Assembly: GCF_001194135.2 (NCBI RefSeq)
Contig: NC_068982.1
Location: 165,880,921-165,935,191, forward strand
Direction: 5' to 3'
Origin: Octopus bimaculoides
Lineage: Eukaryota
DNA: 54,271 nt
This document shows positions 37,448-50,636 of the stretch, one piece after another. The position numbers were made by a program, and so were the translations under genes. The notes under the pieces were generated by a model. That model ran no database searches. It was not told the origin of the DNA and saw only the letters and a list, made by a program, of their open reading frames with translations. Positions within the stretch are counted from its first letter, which is position 1. Every line of letters starts with the position of its first letter.

Positions 37448-38716
37448 CTAACTGCTATCCGATAACGCGACACCACCACCACATAATTATATGTAGATCT
37501 CCATCTGTTTTACTAATATTTACCATTAAATCGTTGCTACTACATTTTATTCCATTGCATTAACCTCTTTTCTCCAATATTGCACACTTACCTAATCAAA
37601 ATTTCTCTTGTCGAGGTAGGCTGTACAGTCGATTAGGCTATCGACTCACCTAATTATTACTTCCTGCTCTACTGCAATCGCCTGCTTATTTCTACAAAAT
37701 TGATATGCATATCGTATCAAAGAATCAGCATTTTTGTTTTATTCTTTTGATTGTCTCTCCAGGCCTGAGTGTTTCTTGTTCATTTTTCACTGTTTTTTTT
37801 TCCGTTAGTTTTTGTTATTGTTTGGATGTTCGATCCGTTTATACTATGCTTACGTTTCTTTTGATTTTCCGTATCTACTAAGAACCACCTGTTTATCGGC
37901 ATCATTATTTTAGTACTTAGACTAAGTTTAATCAATAGTGAAACAAAAATTTTAACGTCGAAGTGATTTTATTTATCTTTTCAAGATATGTGTGTGTTTG
38001 TGTGATTTTTGTTTTTTCTATCGTTTGTTTTAGTTAAATCGTTGCTATTGTTTGTTTTTAATTATCTCATTATTTTTCACATCATCAAATTTCCCATTGA
38101 AGTTATTTTACTTTCCATTTTGTTTTTCTTTTGTTTTCATTTTGATTTTAGGAGGTTTCTCTTCATTACCCTATTTTAATCAGCTCTTCCAAAGATTCTA
38201 TGATCATTGTTGCGTATAAAATAGGCATAAAAAAGCGAATTTTTGCGAAAGGAAAGAAACGTGCAAGAGAAGAATTCGTTCCTTACTATGTAGAGTTCCT
38301 TTGAAGCATGATTCNNNNNNNNNNNNNNNNNNNNNNNNNNNNNNNNNNNNNNNNNNNNNNNNNNNNNNNNNNNNNNNNNNNNNNNNNNNNNNNNNNNNNN
38401 NNNNNNNNNNNNNNNNNNNNNNNNNNNNNNNNNNNNNNNNNNNNNNNNNNNNNNNNNNNNNNNNNNNNNNNNNNNNNNNNNNNNNNNNNNNNNNNNNNNN
38501 NNNNNNNNNNNNNNNNNNNNNNNNNNNNNNNNNNNNNNNNNNNNNNNNNNNNNNNNNNNNNNNNNNNNNNNNNNNNNNNNNNNNNNNNNNNNNNNNNNNN
38601 NNNNNNNNNNNNNNNNNNNNNNNNNNNNNNNNNNNNNNNNNNNNNNNNNNNNNNNNNNNNNNNNNNNNNNNNNNNNNNNNNNNNNNNNNNNNNNNNNNNN
38701 NNNNNNNNNNNNNNNN

Positions 38717-38755
<39 letters not shown>

Positions 38756-38768
38756 GTGTGTGTGTATA

Positions 38769-38959
38769 TGATATACTCTCCAACCTTCATCATATGTCTT
38801 GGGGACATTTCGATCCTGAGTTCTCATTCCTAAGGTATTTTTCGATGTTATCATTATTATTATTAGTAGTAGTAGTAGTAGTATTCAGGTCACTGCCTGG
38901 AATCGAACTCGGAATCCTGAGGTTAGTAGCCCGTGCTCTTATCACTACGCCATATGCCC
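38769..38959 (-). mobile_element. tRNA-headed SINE-like element leading into a hammerhead ribozyme
   Basis: Minus strand: GGGCATA-TGGCGTAGTGA (A box, 38952-38942), GTTCGATTCC (B box, 38908-38899), (TAC)n(TAA)n, a spacer, then GACAT-ATGATGA-AGGTTG-GAGAGTATATCA, homologous to the HHR at 11985-12010. Confidence 0.85.
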
Positions 38960-39027
38960 GATGAGGACAAATATCCGTCAAATGTAAATAATATAAATAA
39001 TGTACATAATTCCTTAAATATAGAACT
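38960..39027 (+). mobile_element. Inverted copy of the element's 3' tail joined to its 5' end
   Basis: GATGAGGACAAATATCCGTCAAATGTAAATAAT...CATAATTCCTTAAATATAGAACT matches 12014-12079. Confidence 0.85.
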
Positions 39028-39517
39028 AGTATTATATGTTTCGGCCAATATTCATGCTTTTCGAGTCACTGAGCAGAAGTGCAAAGTGCTCAGTCGTAAA
39101 TGTCTAGGTCCGTCTTGTATAACAAACAGCTCAGCTGTTAACCGTAAAAAAGGCGTTTTGACTTTAACGTTGACATAAATTGCTGAGATGTAAAGGCGAT
39201 GAAGATACGGACAATAATGATACTAAAATTTCAAAGGATAAAAAAACTACGAAAAGAAAAGGATCGCATGAAAAACAAAGAAAACGAGAACTTCGCAAGT
39301 CCTGAGCCAACTCCTTGCCGTCTATCCCAGGAGACCACCAGTACCCGACCGATGGCAAAACCTTCCGAGCACGCATCTGGCTGATCGACCACAAACGGAT
39401 ACACTTTGTCCAGCCTTCTTCTCCCGTGTGATGCCCTTTTCATCGTCGACAACGACAGACGGACGAATATCATTTACTCTTTTTCTCTCTCTCTTCCTCA
39501 TTCTCTCTCTATCTCTC

Positions 39518-39566
<49 letters not shown>

Positions 39567-40351
39567 NNNNNNNNNNNNNNNNNNNNNNNNNNNNNNNNNN
39601 NNNNNNNNNNNNNNNNNNNNNNNNNNNNNNNNNNNNNNNNNNNNNNNNNNNNNNNNNNNNNNNNNNNNNNNNNNNNNNNNNNNNNNNNNNNNNNNNNNNN
39701 NNNNNNNNNNNNNNNNNNNNNNNNNNNNNNNNNNNNNNNNNNNNNNNNNNNNNNNNNNNNNNNNNNNNNNNNNNNNNNNNNNNNNNNNNNNNNNNNNNNN
39801 NNNNNNNNNNNNNNNNNNNNNNNNNNNNNNNNNNNNNNNNNNNNNNNNNNNNNNNNNNNNNNNNNNNNNNNNNNNNNNNNNNNNNNNNNNNNNNNNNNNN
39901 NNNNNNNNNNNNNNNNNNNNNNNNNNNNNNNNNNNNNNNNNNNNNNNNNNNNNNNNNNNNNNNNNNNNNNNNNNNNNNNNNNNNNNNNNNNNNNNNNNNN
40001 NNNNNNNNNNNNNNNNNNNNNNNNNNNNNNNNNNNNNNNNNNNNNNNNNNNNNNNNNNNNNNNNNNNNNNNNNNNNNNNNNNNNNNNNNNNNNNNNNNNN
40101 NNNNNNNNNNNNNNNNNNNNNNNNNNNNNNNNNNNNNNNNNNNNNNNNNNNNNNNNNNNNNNNNNNNNNNNNNNNNNNNNNNNNNNNNNNNNNNNNNNNN
40201 NNNNNNNNNNNNNNNNNNNNNNNNNNNNNNNNNNNNNNNNNNNNNNNNNNNNNNNNNNNNNNNNNNNNNNNNNNNNNNNNNNNNNNNNNNNNNNNNNNNN
40301 NNNNNNNNNNNNNNNNNNNNNNNNNNNNNNNNNNNNNNNNNNNNNNNNNNN

Positions 40352-40431
<80 letters not shown>

Positions 40432-41015
40432 GTAGATGTATTTATGCATGCATATAGGTATGCATGTAGGTATGCATGTATGTTCTATTCTATTTTTTAC
40501 TCGTTGAAGTCTTCCTGGAAAGAAGGAGCTGGTTTCTAACAAAGATACAAACTCCATCGCTTGAATGTATATAAACAAAATGATGTTACATTTCGAACAT
40601 CAGAAAAGTCTTGCATATTTTTAGCGTTCCACTTACAGATTGTATTTGTAATGCATGTGCTAGCTGGTCTGTTTCTTTCTCTGAAAACTCTTAAGCGTAT
40701 ACTAACAAAACCAATTGCACCAAATTATAAATGTAAATTGATAATCTGGCTATAATCTTGTCACATTAGAAGCTAGTATTTAGATGATATTTTGGAGCAG
40801 CTACTGATTACATGTGTGATGTTTTCCGTATAAATATGACATAATCCCCTTGGGGACCTAAACTTTTACTCTCTTTTTTTTAATAATGTAATTTGTAGCA
40901 GTCTCCTAGAATGTTTAGTCCGTGTGCACCTCTGACATGATGTAGCGGTCGTGTGTCCAAGAAAGCCTACACTTCGTGTATTTATATAGTATGTACGTGC
41001 AATGATGCACAAATC

Positions 41016-41083
<68 letters not shown>

Positions 41084-41296
41084 TGTATTTCGTGTTACGT
41101 TAAGAAGCGGAGCACGGTCCCTAATTTATCGACTCGAGTAAAATATAGGAAACTACTTCAAATATTTTTCAAATGCTTTAACTGAGGAAGGTTTACGTAA
41201 TTGATGCATTTCCTATTATATATTACGCAAACCTGAAACGTACGTATAACATTATTTCAAAACATCGCTATTTGATTTGACGTAAATTTTACAGAT

Positions 41297-41339
<43 letters not shown>

Positions 41340-41628
41340 AATAAAGGAATAAATGTAGAACAAATACCATATGTATATATTCTTGGCTTACTGGAGTTGT
41401 CTCCCATTTGAGTAAAGAATAAATAAATGCTTTGCTACATTTGCGACGAACTCCAAATGGGATGAGGGGATAATCTCAATAATGAAAATATTTTTGGAAT
41501 TGGCTTATCATTTACGAAAAAACTCATTGTCTGCAGGCAAGTGGACAGCCGTAAACTTGTTTCTGTATGAAGAGACGTCATTAGCACTGCAGCACTGCAA
41601 TTCGCACACACACACATATGAATGTATG

Positions 41629-41682
<54 letters not shown>

Positions 41683-42427
41683 GATAGATAGATCTTTTTA
41701 GTTTCCTGATCGTGTGTTGTGACTAGAACAATTACATGATGGTAGATTTATTAATAACACAGACACATCGTTCTTATCTTACATGAACTATAATATAACA
41801 TTATTTGTAATAATGATATATCTTATTATACTATGTACGTTATCAATTGTTCGACTGTCATCGATGAATGCAGTGTGGGTTTCTAGTAGTTTCTTTTTCC
41901 ATTTCAATTTCAATTGTTACTTCTCTGGGGTTTTTTATACTTTCTTGAAGACAGCATTGAAGTGATAGACCGGACCAGTTTTGACCATATACGTCTGCCT
42001 TCTGTTTTCGTTTTCTGTTTATACTCTTTCCTATTACTTTATCATACAATCTTGATATATATTTTTTATTTGTATTTGATACTGGTATGTTTTTTCTGTT
42101 ATTGGAGAACAATCAACTCCATTTCAATTGTATATGAACACAAATGTATACCGAAGAAATTCAATACAAGTCAATTAACATTAAATTTAGACTCAGCATC
42201 AAGACGAAAGAATCTATACTTGGACATTGGTTATCTTAAACTCAATTCAACTTTTTTCTGAATATAAAAAATACAAAACAATAGTGAATCGTGTCAGAGA
42301 GAATTGAAATAATTCAAAGTAGATAGATGTATAATTACGCTAAGGTCTCTACAAAATTTCTCTTATTCTTATGGCCATAATATACATACATACCTGCAGA
42401 CAGACAGACAAACAGATAGATAGATAT

Positions 42428-42459
<32 letters not shown>

Positions 42460-42535
42460 GTATAATCACAATTTGTATGCTAACATATATATATATGTAC
42501 ACACATATGTATACACATATACGTATATATATAAA

Positions 42536-42596
<61 letters not shown>

Positions 42597-44230
42597 ATAT
42601 ATACATAAATACGTACAGACACACACATATTTATATAGACAGACAGACAGAATGATCGGCTATAGTGAGAAAGACTCTTAATGTAAGCTGTGTTGAAACA
42701 GATTTTGTTGTATTTTGGCTAATCAATAGGCCATAAGAAATATACACTGGTTCTATTGCACTTCAATATTATTCTTCAATTGGTTTAACTATTTAACCAG
42801 TTAACTAATCGATTGCTTAATTAAACATTCAGTCAATCAGTTCTTTTTGTCACCTTCGTGACCTCTGCAATGATTTCTCTTTCTACTCCAGGTCAGCTTC
42901 CGACCTGGCGTTTACATACAAACGTAATGTATAAATGAGAATTGATGCCGCAACGATTTACCCTATGAAGCAGCGTATCTCTATGCATAGGCATTCTTTG
43001 TCCAACCCTCAACTTCACTTACAGAAAATGTCCACAGTTTAGCTGATACTAAGAATGCTACATATTGAAATGGTCGCTGGCGAAATACGTCATACCGTAC
43101 CGGAGAGAGAGCAGACGTCCCTGGTAGTAAAGAGAGGTTGGAGTTTATTATTCAACAATTTATCTTTTCAATAACCGTAAAGAATTTGGCATTTGCTAAA
43201 CACACTGGAAAAGTCAAGCATTCCAAAATTGCCAGATCGAAAACCAGCTTAACCACGATGAGATACGTTAGTACTCTGTTGATATTCAAACTGACATGGT
43301 GGCAAAAGCTACGCTATTCTCGGGGAATTATTACACTAAATATTGTCTAATATCTTCTACATGAACAACTCTGTCTCTATACACTTACACCAACCCCTAC
43401 TTCACCCTATATACTCCAGCTTTGCTCACATCAACAGCATTTTTGTGGAAATCGGGGGGGATACTACTTCTCTTATTAAACAACGTGACACATGGGTATA
43501 GAATGCCAGAAGCAACGATTTTGAACACATGTGATACTCACATCTTCCAGTGGAATACTGTGCGAGTATCTTACAACCATAGGCAGAGTACATATGTAAA
43601 CACGCACTGCCTTATTGCAGTACCCAATGCACTTGGATAATTTACACCGTATAATATGAAAATACGCAAATACGTTTCACATGAATGTTTTAGAGACCGA
43701 ATGGTGAGCGTGTACACGTATGTGATAACGTGAAATACCTTCGTCACATTATATGGCATGATAGGCAAGGTGACTAAGCTTGTGTCTATCTGAGTGAGCA
43801 CCTAAGGTGCATCTGTGTGTGAGTGTGTGTGTGTGTGTCTGTCTGTTTGTATGCCTTTGTGTACTGATGGCTGCGCATGTGTGTATGAATCTGTGTGTGT
43901 TTACACACGCGCGACAAAGAGAGTGGTTGTGCGTGTGTGTGCAGGGGCGCAGTAGTCAAATCGCTGCTGCCCTGAGAAAAAAAAACTGTTCATGAGCGTA
44001 CCATACCAAGCAAATGCCAGACTATGTGGAATATATTTAAATATTAAAACTACCATATTGTCTCGGTTCAACTTCTGCTTTGTGCCACTGACCCTGTTCG
44101 TAATATTATTGCTATTGTTGTTGCGATTTTTGTTGCTACTGTTGTTGATGCTGTCATTGAATCTTCGTTGCCATGGGTTTACTCCATCTTTTTCTCTACT
44201 TTCTACTTGTGTTTATACGTGTATAGTTGA

Positions 44231-44331
<101 letters not shown>

Positions 44332-46769
44332 AATATATATAGAGAGAGAGATCAGGCATGTCTACAAGCGTACGCCTCTCATTCACCGTTAATCTATCTT
44401 AACACCGTCCTACTACTGCACATGTTGTCATCCTCTGCCCTGTCATCCCAAAATTGCATAGCTGGATTATATTCAGGCGCACATCTCACTAGGCTTTAGG
44501 CTAGTTACTTCGATAGTTGTCCTAAGATAACATCTCTCGTTGACGTGAATTGTTAAAAACACAATAAATATCGTAGGGAGACGAAAATTCGTCCCAGTAG
44601 CGGTCAGTGTGAGCGCTAAATTCATTTCCTCCTTTTTGGTCTTATCAATGGCCCGTACTCGAAGTCAGATATATATTTGTGGGAGAATTCATCACCTTCT
44701 ATATAGAAAGTATCAGATAAAATATTCACTGATGTTGTGGATAGCAACGCATCTGAATAAAATCCAGTATACGAAATTGAGGCAGTATTAAATTAAAAGA
44801 ACCATCTATGTATCTCAGGATACATGCCGCAGTTAGTGGCCTATCAACAGTGTATATACTATGATATATAGATGGCTGCTTAAATTTGATGTCTCAATTG
44901 CGTATACCGCATACATACACAAACACGCACACACATACTCAAACATTCATTTCCTCTTCCTTCTGGAAAACGTTTCGAAGCATCAAATAACATCAGAGTT
45001 TTATGTTACCCATGGTTGTTTTTATGTTGAAAAGTATGACTGGCTATACCACCTTAACTGTCTCACAGTACAAAATGAAGATATTTGCTGCCTTGGTCAT
45101 AATTTAAATGCATCTGGTGTAAAAAAAAAATACCATTTGTAACCTATTTTTGAACACATCCTCCATTTTGAATACGCAAACATGTCTTGAGCACACAAAC
45201 CTGTTTGGACAAACAACCTGTTTGAAAACGCAAACTCGTTGGGAAAACGCAAACCTTTATTTGAATAACTTCATGTCATTTGTCAACATGTAACATTATT
45301 TCAAAGAAATGTTTTCCTCTGCTACATTACTGCATCCTCGAATGCCCCCCACCCTCCACAAAAAAATTTGGGGCTTTGTGCCTAGAGCAGAAATGAATAT
45401 TTCTACACAATTTTCATATCGGTTGCATTTTCTTTATCAAATAAATTCTAACAATAAAGTTAACGGTAAAATACTATTTATATTTTTGCTTATTTCACTT
45501 ATATTAATCAGCAATTCTGCCGATACTTATCAGAAAATCGAATCAACTTCACCACTATGTTGTTACTAACGAATAGATCACTTGAAGATATCTTTCGACA
45601 CTCGCTCATACCAACCAAACCCACCATTCTATTCAAGATGCTACGTTTATCATCTTTCACAGTCGACAAACAGATAGTCCCTTCAAGATGTATTACGTTC
45701 TGTTAAAAACAGAATATTTGATCTGTGTACCAGCTGTCAACAGTCAACGGAGAGCCAATTTCACCATCTTTCAACGAGAGTTTAAACAAGCAGTTTGGCT
45801 AAAGATTGCAGCACAGTGGTGTACATGCATTCATACAGACCTAATTGTGTAATACGCAAGCAAACGTTTATCAGATGTACATCTTATTTAGACCTACGTG
45901 TATAAAACATCACATGTACTTCTGCCGCACATACATACGAATAGCATCTTATTTGCACACGCCTGACAGGCAATCAGCAACATGTATGCATCAGATGTGC
46001 GCAGATCTCAAGCACATCTAGCATGCACGCTTCATTTATTCCTGTAATTCATTAGTGTCATCATTCATTTTCTCCTCATTTTACTGCTCCTTGTTAATTC
46101 ATATTCCTTTCGTAATATACATGGTTTTGTAATGAAACCATGTATAGCCATAAAGAGTGAGGGGAAAATCCAGCAGAAATGTTCAGTCTCTTTTACTTCA
46201 AACCTCCAGTTTAGTAGTGGCAATATCTTCGACAACTACAGCTTATCGTTTTTGTAACAGCAAAAATAAAATAAGATACAGTCTTCATTAATAACAACAT
46301 TGATAGCATTCGTTTCAGACAACGCTCTCAAATTGCACACATATACATAGATACACACAGACATGTATGTATGTTTAACTTCACCGTCTATGTTTGTGTT
46401 TTTGTCGCTATTAATGTGGAAATTTCTGGGGATGTTTGTGATTTAAATCTTATCTAGGATACATTCAAATAGTCCAACTGTTGATATGAGAACAAATACT
46501 GTAGGCTACACAAAAGCTTTAGTTCTTCAGTCAGCGTTTTACTATTCTACATCAAGGTTAAAATTATATTTGAGCCACAAAAATATTTAAGCTCACTGAA
46601 TGGGACCCTGGAATGTTAGAAAAGATGAGATCTACTGTAATAGTAAAATATTTTAGATATCCAGTAAAAAATATTCTATAAACGATTAACAGTGTGTATG
46701 TTATTCTATAAAATACCAACAATACTCAATCAATAAACTCTAATACTTCTATCAATGAATGAGTTCAAA

Positions 46770-46970
46770 TAGAATGCTTCATGATAGTTCTTCCGACTCC
46801 ATTTTCTGACTTCAAATCCCATCAAGGTCCGTTTTGCCTGTCATCAGTTTAGAATCGATAAAATAAGTATCAATTCTAGGCAGTGGATTAGTGGAAATGT
46901 TAGAATGTGGGACCGGATGCCTTGCGGTATTTCTTCTGATATTTTCCGCTCTGAGTTCTAATACTCGAAT
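46770..46970 (+). mobile_element. Two old SINE family A fragments
   Basis: ttcaaatcc..ttttgcctgtcatc..tcgataaaataagta, followed by a second head-like gcagtggattagtggaa..ctgagttct. Confidence 0.55.
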
Positions 46971-47159
46971 AGCACATTTAATCTAATGACTAGTTTAATG
47001 CCACCTTGTTGCACTTTATCGTGGTTTTAGTGCATTTCATTCTGATGCAAACATTTAAAACAGGTGTCCGGTTTGAAGATACGTTACTACATCTGTCTCA
47101 CCAGCCTTGAAGATCTTCTACATTGTCACAAGCAGCACTGCCTTCCATTGTCCTGACTA

Positions 47160-47369
47160 TACTCTTTTACTTGTTTCAGTCATTTGACTGTGGCCATGCT
47201 GGAGCACCGCCTTTAGTCGAGCAAATCGACCCCAGGACTTATTCTTTGTGAGCCTAGTACTTATTCTATCGGTCTCTCTTTGCCGAACCGCTAAGTTACG
47301 GGGACGTAAACACACCAGCATGGGTTGTCAAACGATGTTGGGGGGACAAACACAAACACACAAACATAT

Positions 47370-47402
<33 letters not shown>

Positions 47403-47570
47403 CATATATACGACGGGCTTCTTTCAGTTTCCGTCTACCAAATCCACTCACAAGGCTTTGGTCGGCCCGAGGCTATAGTAGAAGACACTTGCCCAAGGTG
47501 CCACGCAGTGGGCCTGAACCCGGAACCATGTGGTTGGTAAGCAAGCTACTTACCACACAGTACTCCTATG
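47160..47570 (-). mobile_element. Full-length tRNA-derived SINE (family B) with an internal microsatellite
   Basis: Minus head ctgtgtggtaagtagcttgcttaccaaccacatggttccgggttcag, ccttgggcaagtgtctt core, an internal (TA)/(TG) tract at ~47350-47410 and a gtaaaagagt tail. Confidence 0.93.
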
Positions 47571-48268
47571 AGTATATGAAAAAAAAATCACACACGGAAA
47601 GAATATATCTGAAACGTATGAATGTGTGTTTGTATGTGTTCTGGTGTTGGATGGTCAGTCCCAATACGACAATCCATAATTGTAACTTTAATCATTTACT
47701 TAATTCTGATATTCCATTAAAAATTATTTCGTGCATAAAATGTGAATTATTATTCTATGAATCCATTGAAATGTAATTTATTCAGTTCTTTGTTTCATCA
47801 TTGGACAACTCTTATCGCTATAAAAACATCGTTCATATCATTAGCTTTGAGAAGAATTATATGTTCTTTAGCTAATGTTAAGAATTACCCTAATTCAATC
47901 TGAACCTGGAGATCGGGGACAAAACAGAAATAAAAAGTTAATGAAAACAAATTTTCATAACAGACATATAAATGACACTATTATTCTTCTAAAATATTTC
48001 CTTCAGGTTTCTGGATAATCCGTTGTTGTAACTTACTAATGTGTTGTGTATGTTAATAATTTTGAACTCTTGGTGGCATCTGTTCATTTTAGAATGTTCT
48101 GCAGAGAACAATTTGATTGATTTTTTTTGTTTATTCCACTTCTAAGAAGTATTTTAAACACATCTTTGCAAACAAATCATACTATGGCAATTATATAGCC
48201 CTCTTTCCTTCCTTCCTCTCCAACTCTGCTCTCTTTCTCTCTCTCTCCCTCTCTCTCTCTCTCTCTCC

Positions 48269-48302
<34 letters not shown>

Positions 48303-48320
48303 TTTCTGGGNNNNNNNNNN

Positions 48321-48386
<66 letters not shown>

Positions 48387-49619
48387 TTTCTGGGAAAAAT
48401 CATGTTAATCCCTAAAATTAATAAAAAGAGCAAGCCCCACCCAAAGTATAGGCCCATTATTTTCCTTTCTTGCGGCTTATAACGCCTTAGCTGCAATAAT
48501 AGAGAAAAGGGTAAATAATCATTCCAAACATATGCTTTCACAAGAGCAGAAATCTGTCACAGATTTTCATATGGATATAAGGATCAATAACCTATCAACA
48601 AAGCCATAACGGAAACTGTGGAGAGAGAATGAGAGGGGTCTGAATATGGCATATAATGGTTACCAAGTCTTTTCGGGTACTTTCTACCAGTTGATCCTGG
48701 AATCCATTAATCATGCGCAAAGTTAAGTTATCAACAGTAATAAGTACAGCAAACAAATCAAAGGCAATTTTGTGGATAGCTAAAGGAGGGAGGGCAATAC
48801 AAAAAGTAAACCCCACTTCTACTAGAGAAGGAACATTCCAAGGGGACTTCATCTGACTATATTTTTCTATTGGTTTCGCGTTGGCAGATTTAACCAAAAA
48901 GTTAATGCAAACTGAACATGAATAAAAGTGCTACGAGACGATGGTTAATCACTCTCTGTATGTGTACGACTTCAAGTTTTCTGCTGCAGTTGATAAGTAA
49001 TTAGAAATACAGTTATAGCCTATATAATGATTTACGAAAGGAATTGATATGAGATTCGCATTGGAAACATTCATCTTGGAAATCTTGAAAAGAGAAAAAA
49101 ATTAATATTATCATTCTGATGATAATTATTAAACCGAGATGGACGAATAAAACCAAGCACACTCTCTACGACGGAAATTCAAAATGCATCACTCTCAATC
49201 AAACATAAAAGATTATATTAACAAAGAATACAATGAAGTAGAAGACTTACAAGTAGAAATTATAGATTATTTACCGTAGGACAACAAAGAAAAAAATAAC
49301 GGTAAATTATTATAAATAGCTACAAAATACAAAATTTGTGTGTGTGTGTGTTTTCTTAGGGTAGTCATCAAATAGAAAATGGAAACTGAAGGGGGAAAAA
49401 ACAGTTGTAGGAAGAAGGAAAACGAAAAATAAAATTGTTAAAGAACTAAAAATAAGCTACAGAATTTCAAATTAATATAATGACTTGAAAAGTCCCTTAC
49501 AAAATCAATACGTGAGAAGCTGAATAGGAAGTAAAGAAAAAATTTCAACACTGATTTAATAGAGCGGGTTTCAAAAGTTTTTTTCTATTGTGGTACGGGG
49601 TCAAATCCTTGTCACTAGG

Positions 49620-49880
49620 ACTACCAGAAGTATATAATGGTGCAGAAAGCAAAGACCATTGCAGAATATGAGAAAGAACAATTATTCAAGGGTCTATATG
49701 AACAAACATCACACCATTATGAAGTTGGTGCAAAGGAAATTATGCCACTATTATGAAATACCGACTGAATAGAGTTGGCAAAGTAACTCTTATCTGAAAT
49801 ATATCAATGTATAAAAACCGAGACATGGAGATTAATCAATCCAATATCGTTGTCAACAAACATGGATTACTACCTTCATA
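49620..49880 (+). mobile_element. R4/Dong-like LINE fragment (start of the restriction-like endonuclease region)
   Basis: LCHYYEIPTE*SW and KVTLI*NISMYKNRDMEINQSNIVV resemble the recalled KVTILWD..TDR.I.ANRPDIVV motif. Confidence 0.42.
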
Positions 49881-50602
49881 TCGAAATATCTTAATCACAT
49901 ATATGTATATATTTACGAAAGAGGAAAATTGTCTTAATATAAAGATTTAGATATAGAGACAGCCAAAGTGTTCGACATTTCAAACGGACACGATCCTCAT
50001 ATTTATAGGTGTTTTGAAAATTATTAAAACATGTAAACAAAAATACACAACCAAAACCTAACAACTGACATTTTTACACAAAGAAAAATAGCACTACAGC
50101 ATATTTCATGGACACGCTGCAAGTCCCGCGCTCAAAAATTTTTCTGAAAAGTTCAATTGTGGAATAAATTTTTCCTTGTTTTACTAAAGACTGACAACAA
50201 CATTTTTAATATCAAGGTTAACAAGTATTTTTGCCTAATTTTGGCAGTTTCCATTATATTAATATTTTTATTCGTTCTTTATTGCCATTTCATTTCATTC
50301 GTTTTATTAGTTCCTTCATTAACATATCGTTTACCGTATTTTATTGCCTTTTCATTGTATACCATTCGAATATCTTATCAATTATGTTATTGTCATCTTT
50401 TATTTGTTATCTTCTATATAAATGTATAGAGTCCTGTGACATTAATGCCGCTTCTTCTCCTTCTAATTCGTTTACTGGAAGTGGCTTTCGGGGTGATGTT
50501 GAGTAAAAAATAAAAATTCCTTCAACACATTCGTACATATAACGCACACGCACACACACATACACACACACACACACATACATACATACATACATACATA
50601 CA

Positions 50603-50636
<34 letters not shown>

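Noticed and set aside
38888-38959. Genuine tRNA gene (also the heads at 16640-16711 and 47490-47570)
   Set aside because: A/B boxes are present, but I could not fold a complete cloverleaf with an acceptor stem, and each head continues into a SINE body.
48241-48394. Apparent tandem duplication of a CT-rich block ending in TTTTCTGGG
   Set aside because: The two copies flank a 10-N gap, typical of unmerged contig overlap.
48595-48897. 100-aa minus-strand ORF as a host exon
   Set aside because: No recognisable domain or clear splice signals, and the length is within chance range.
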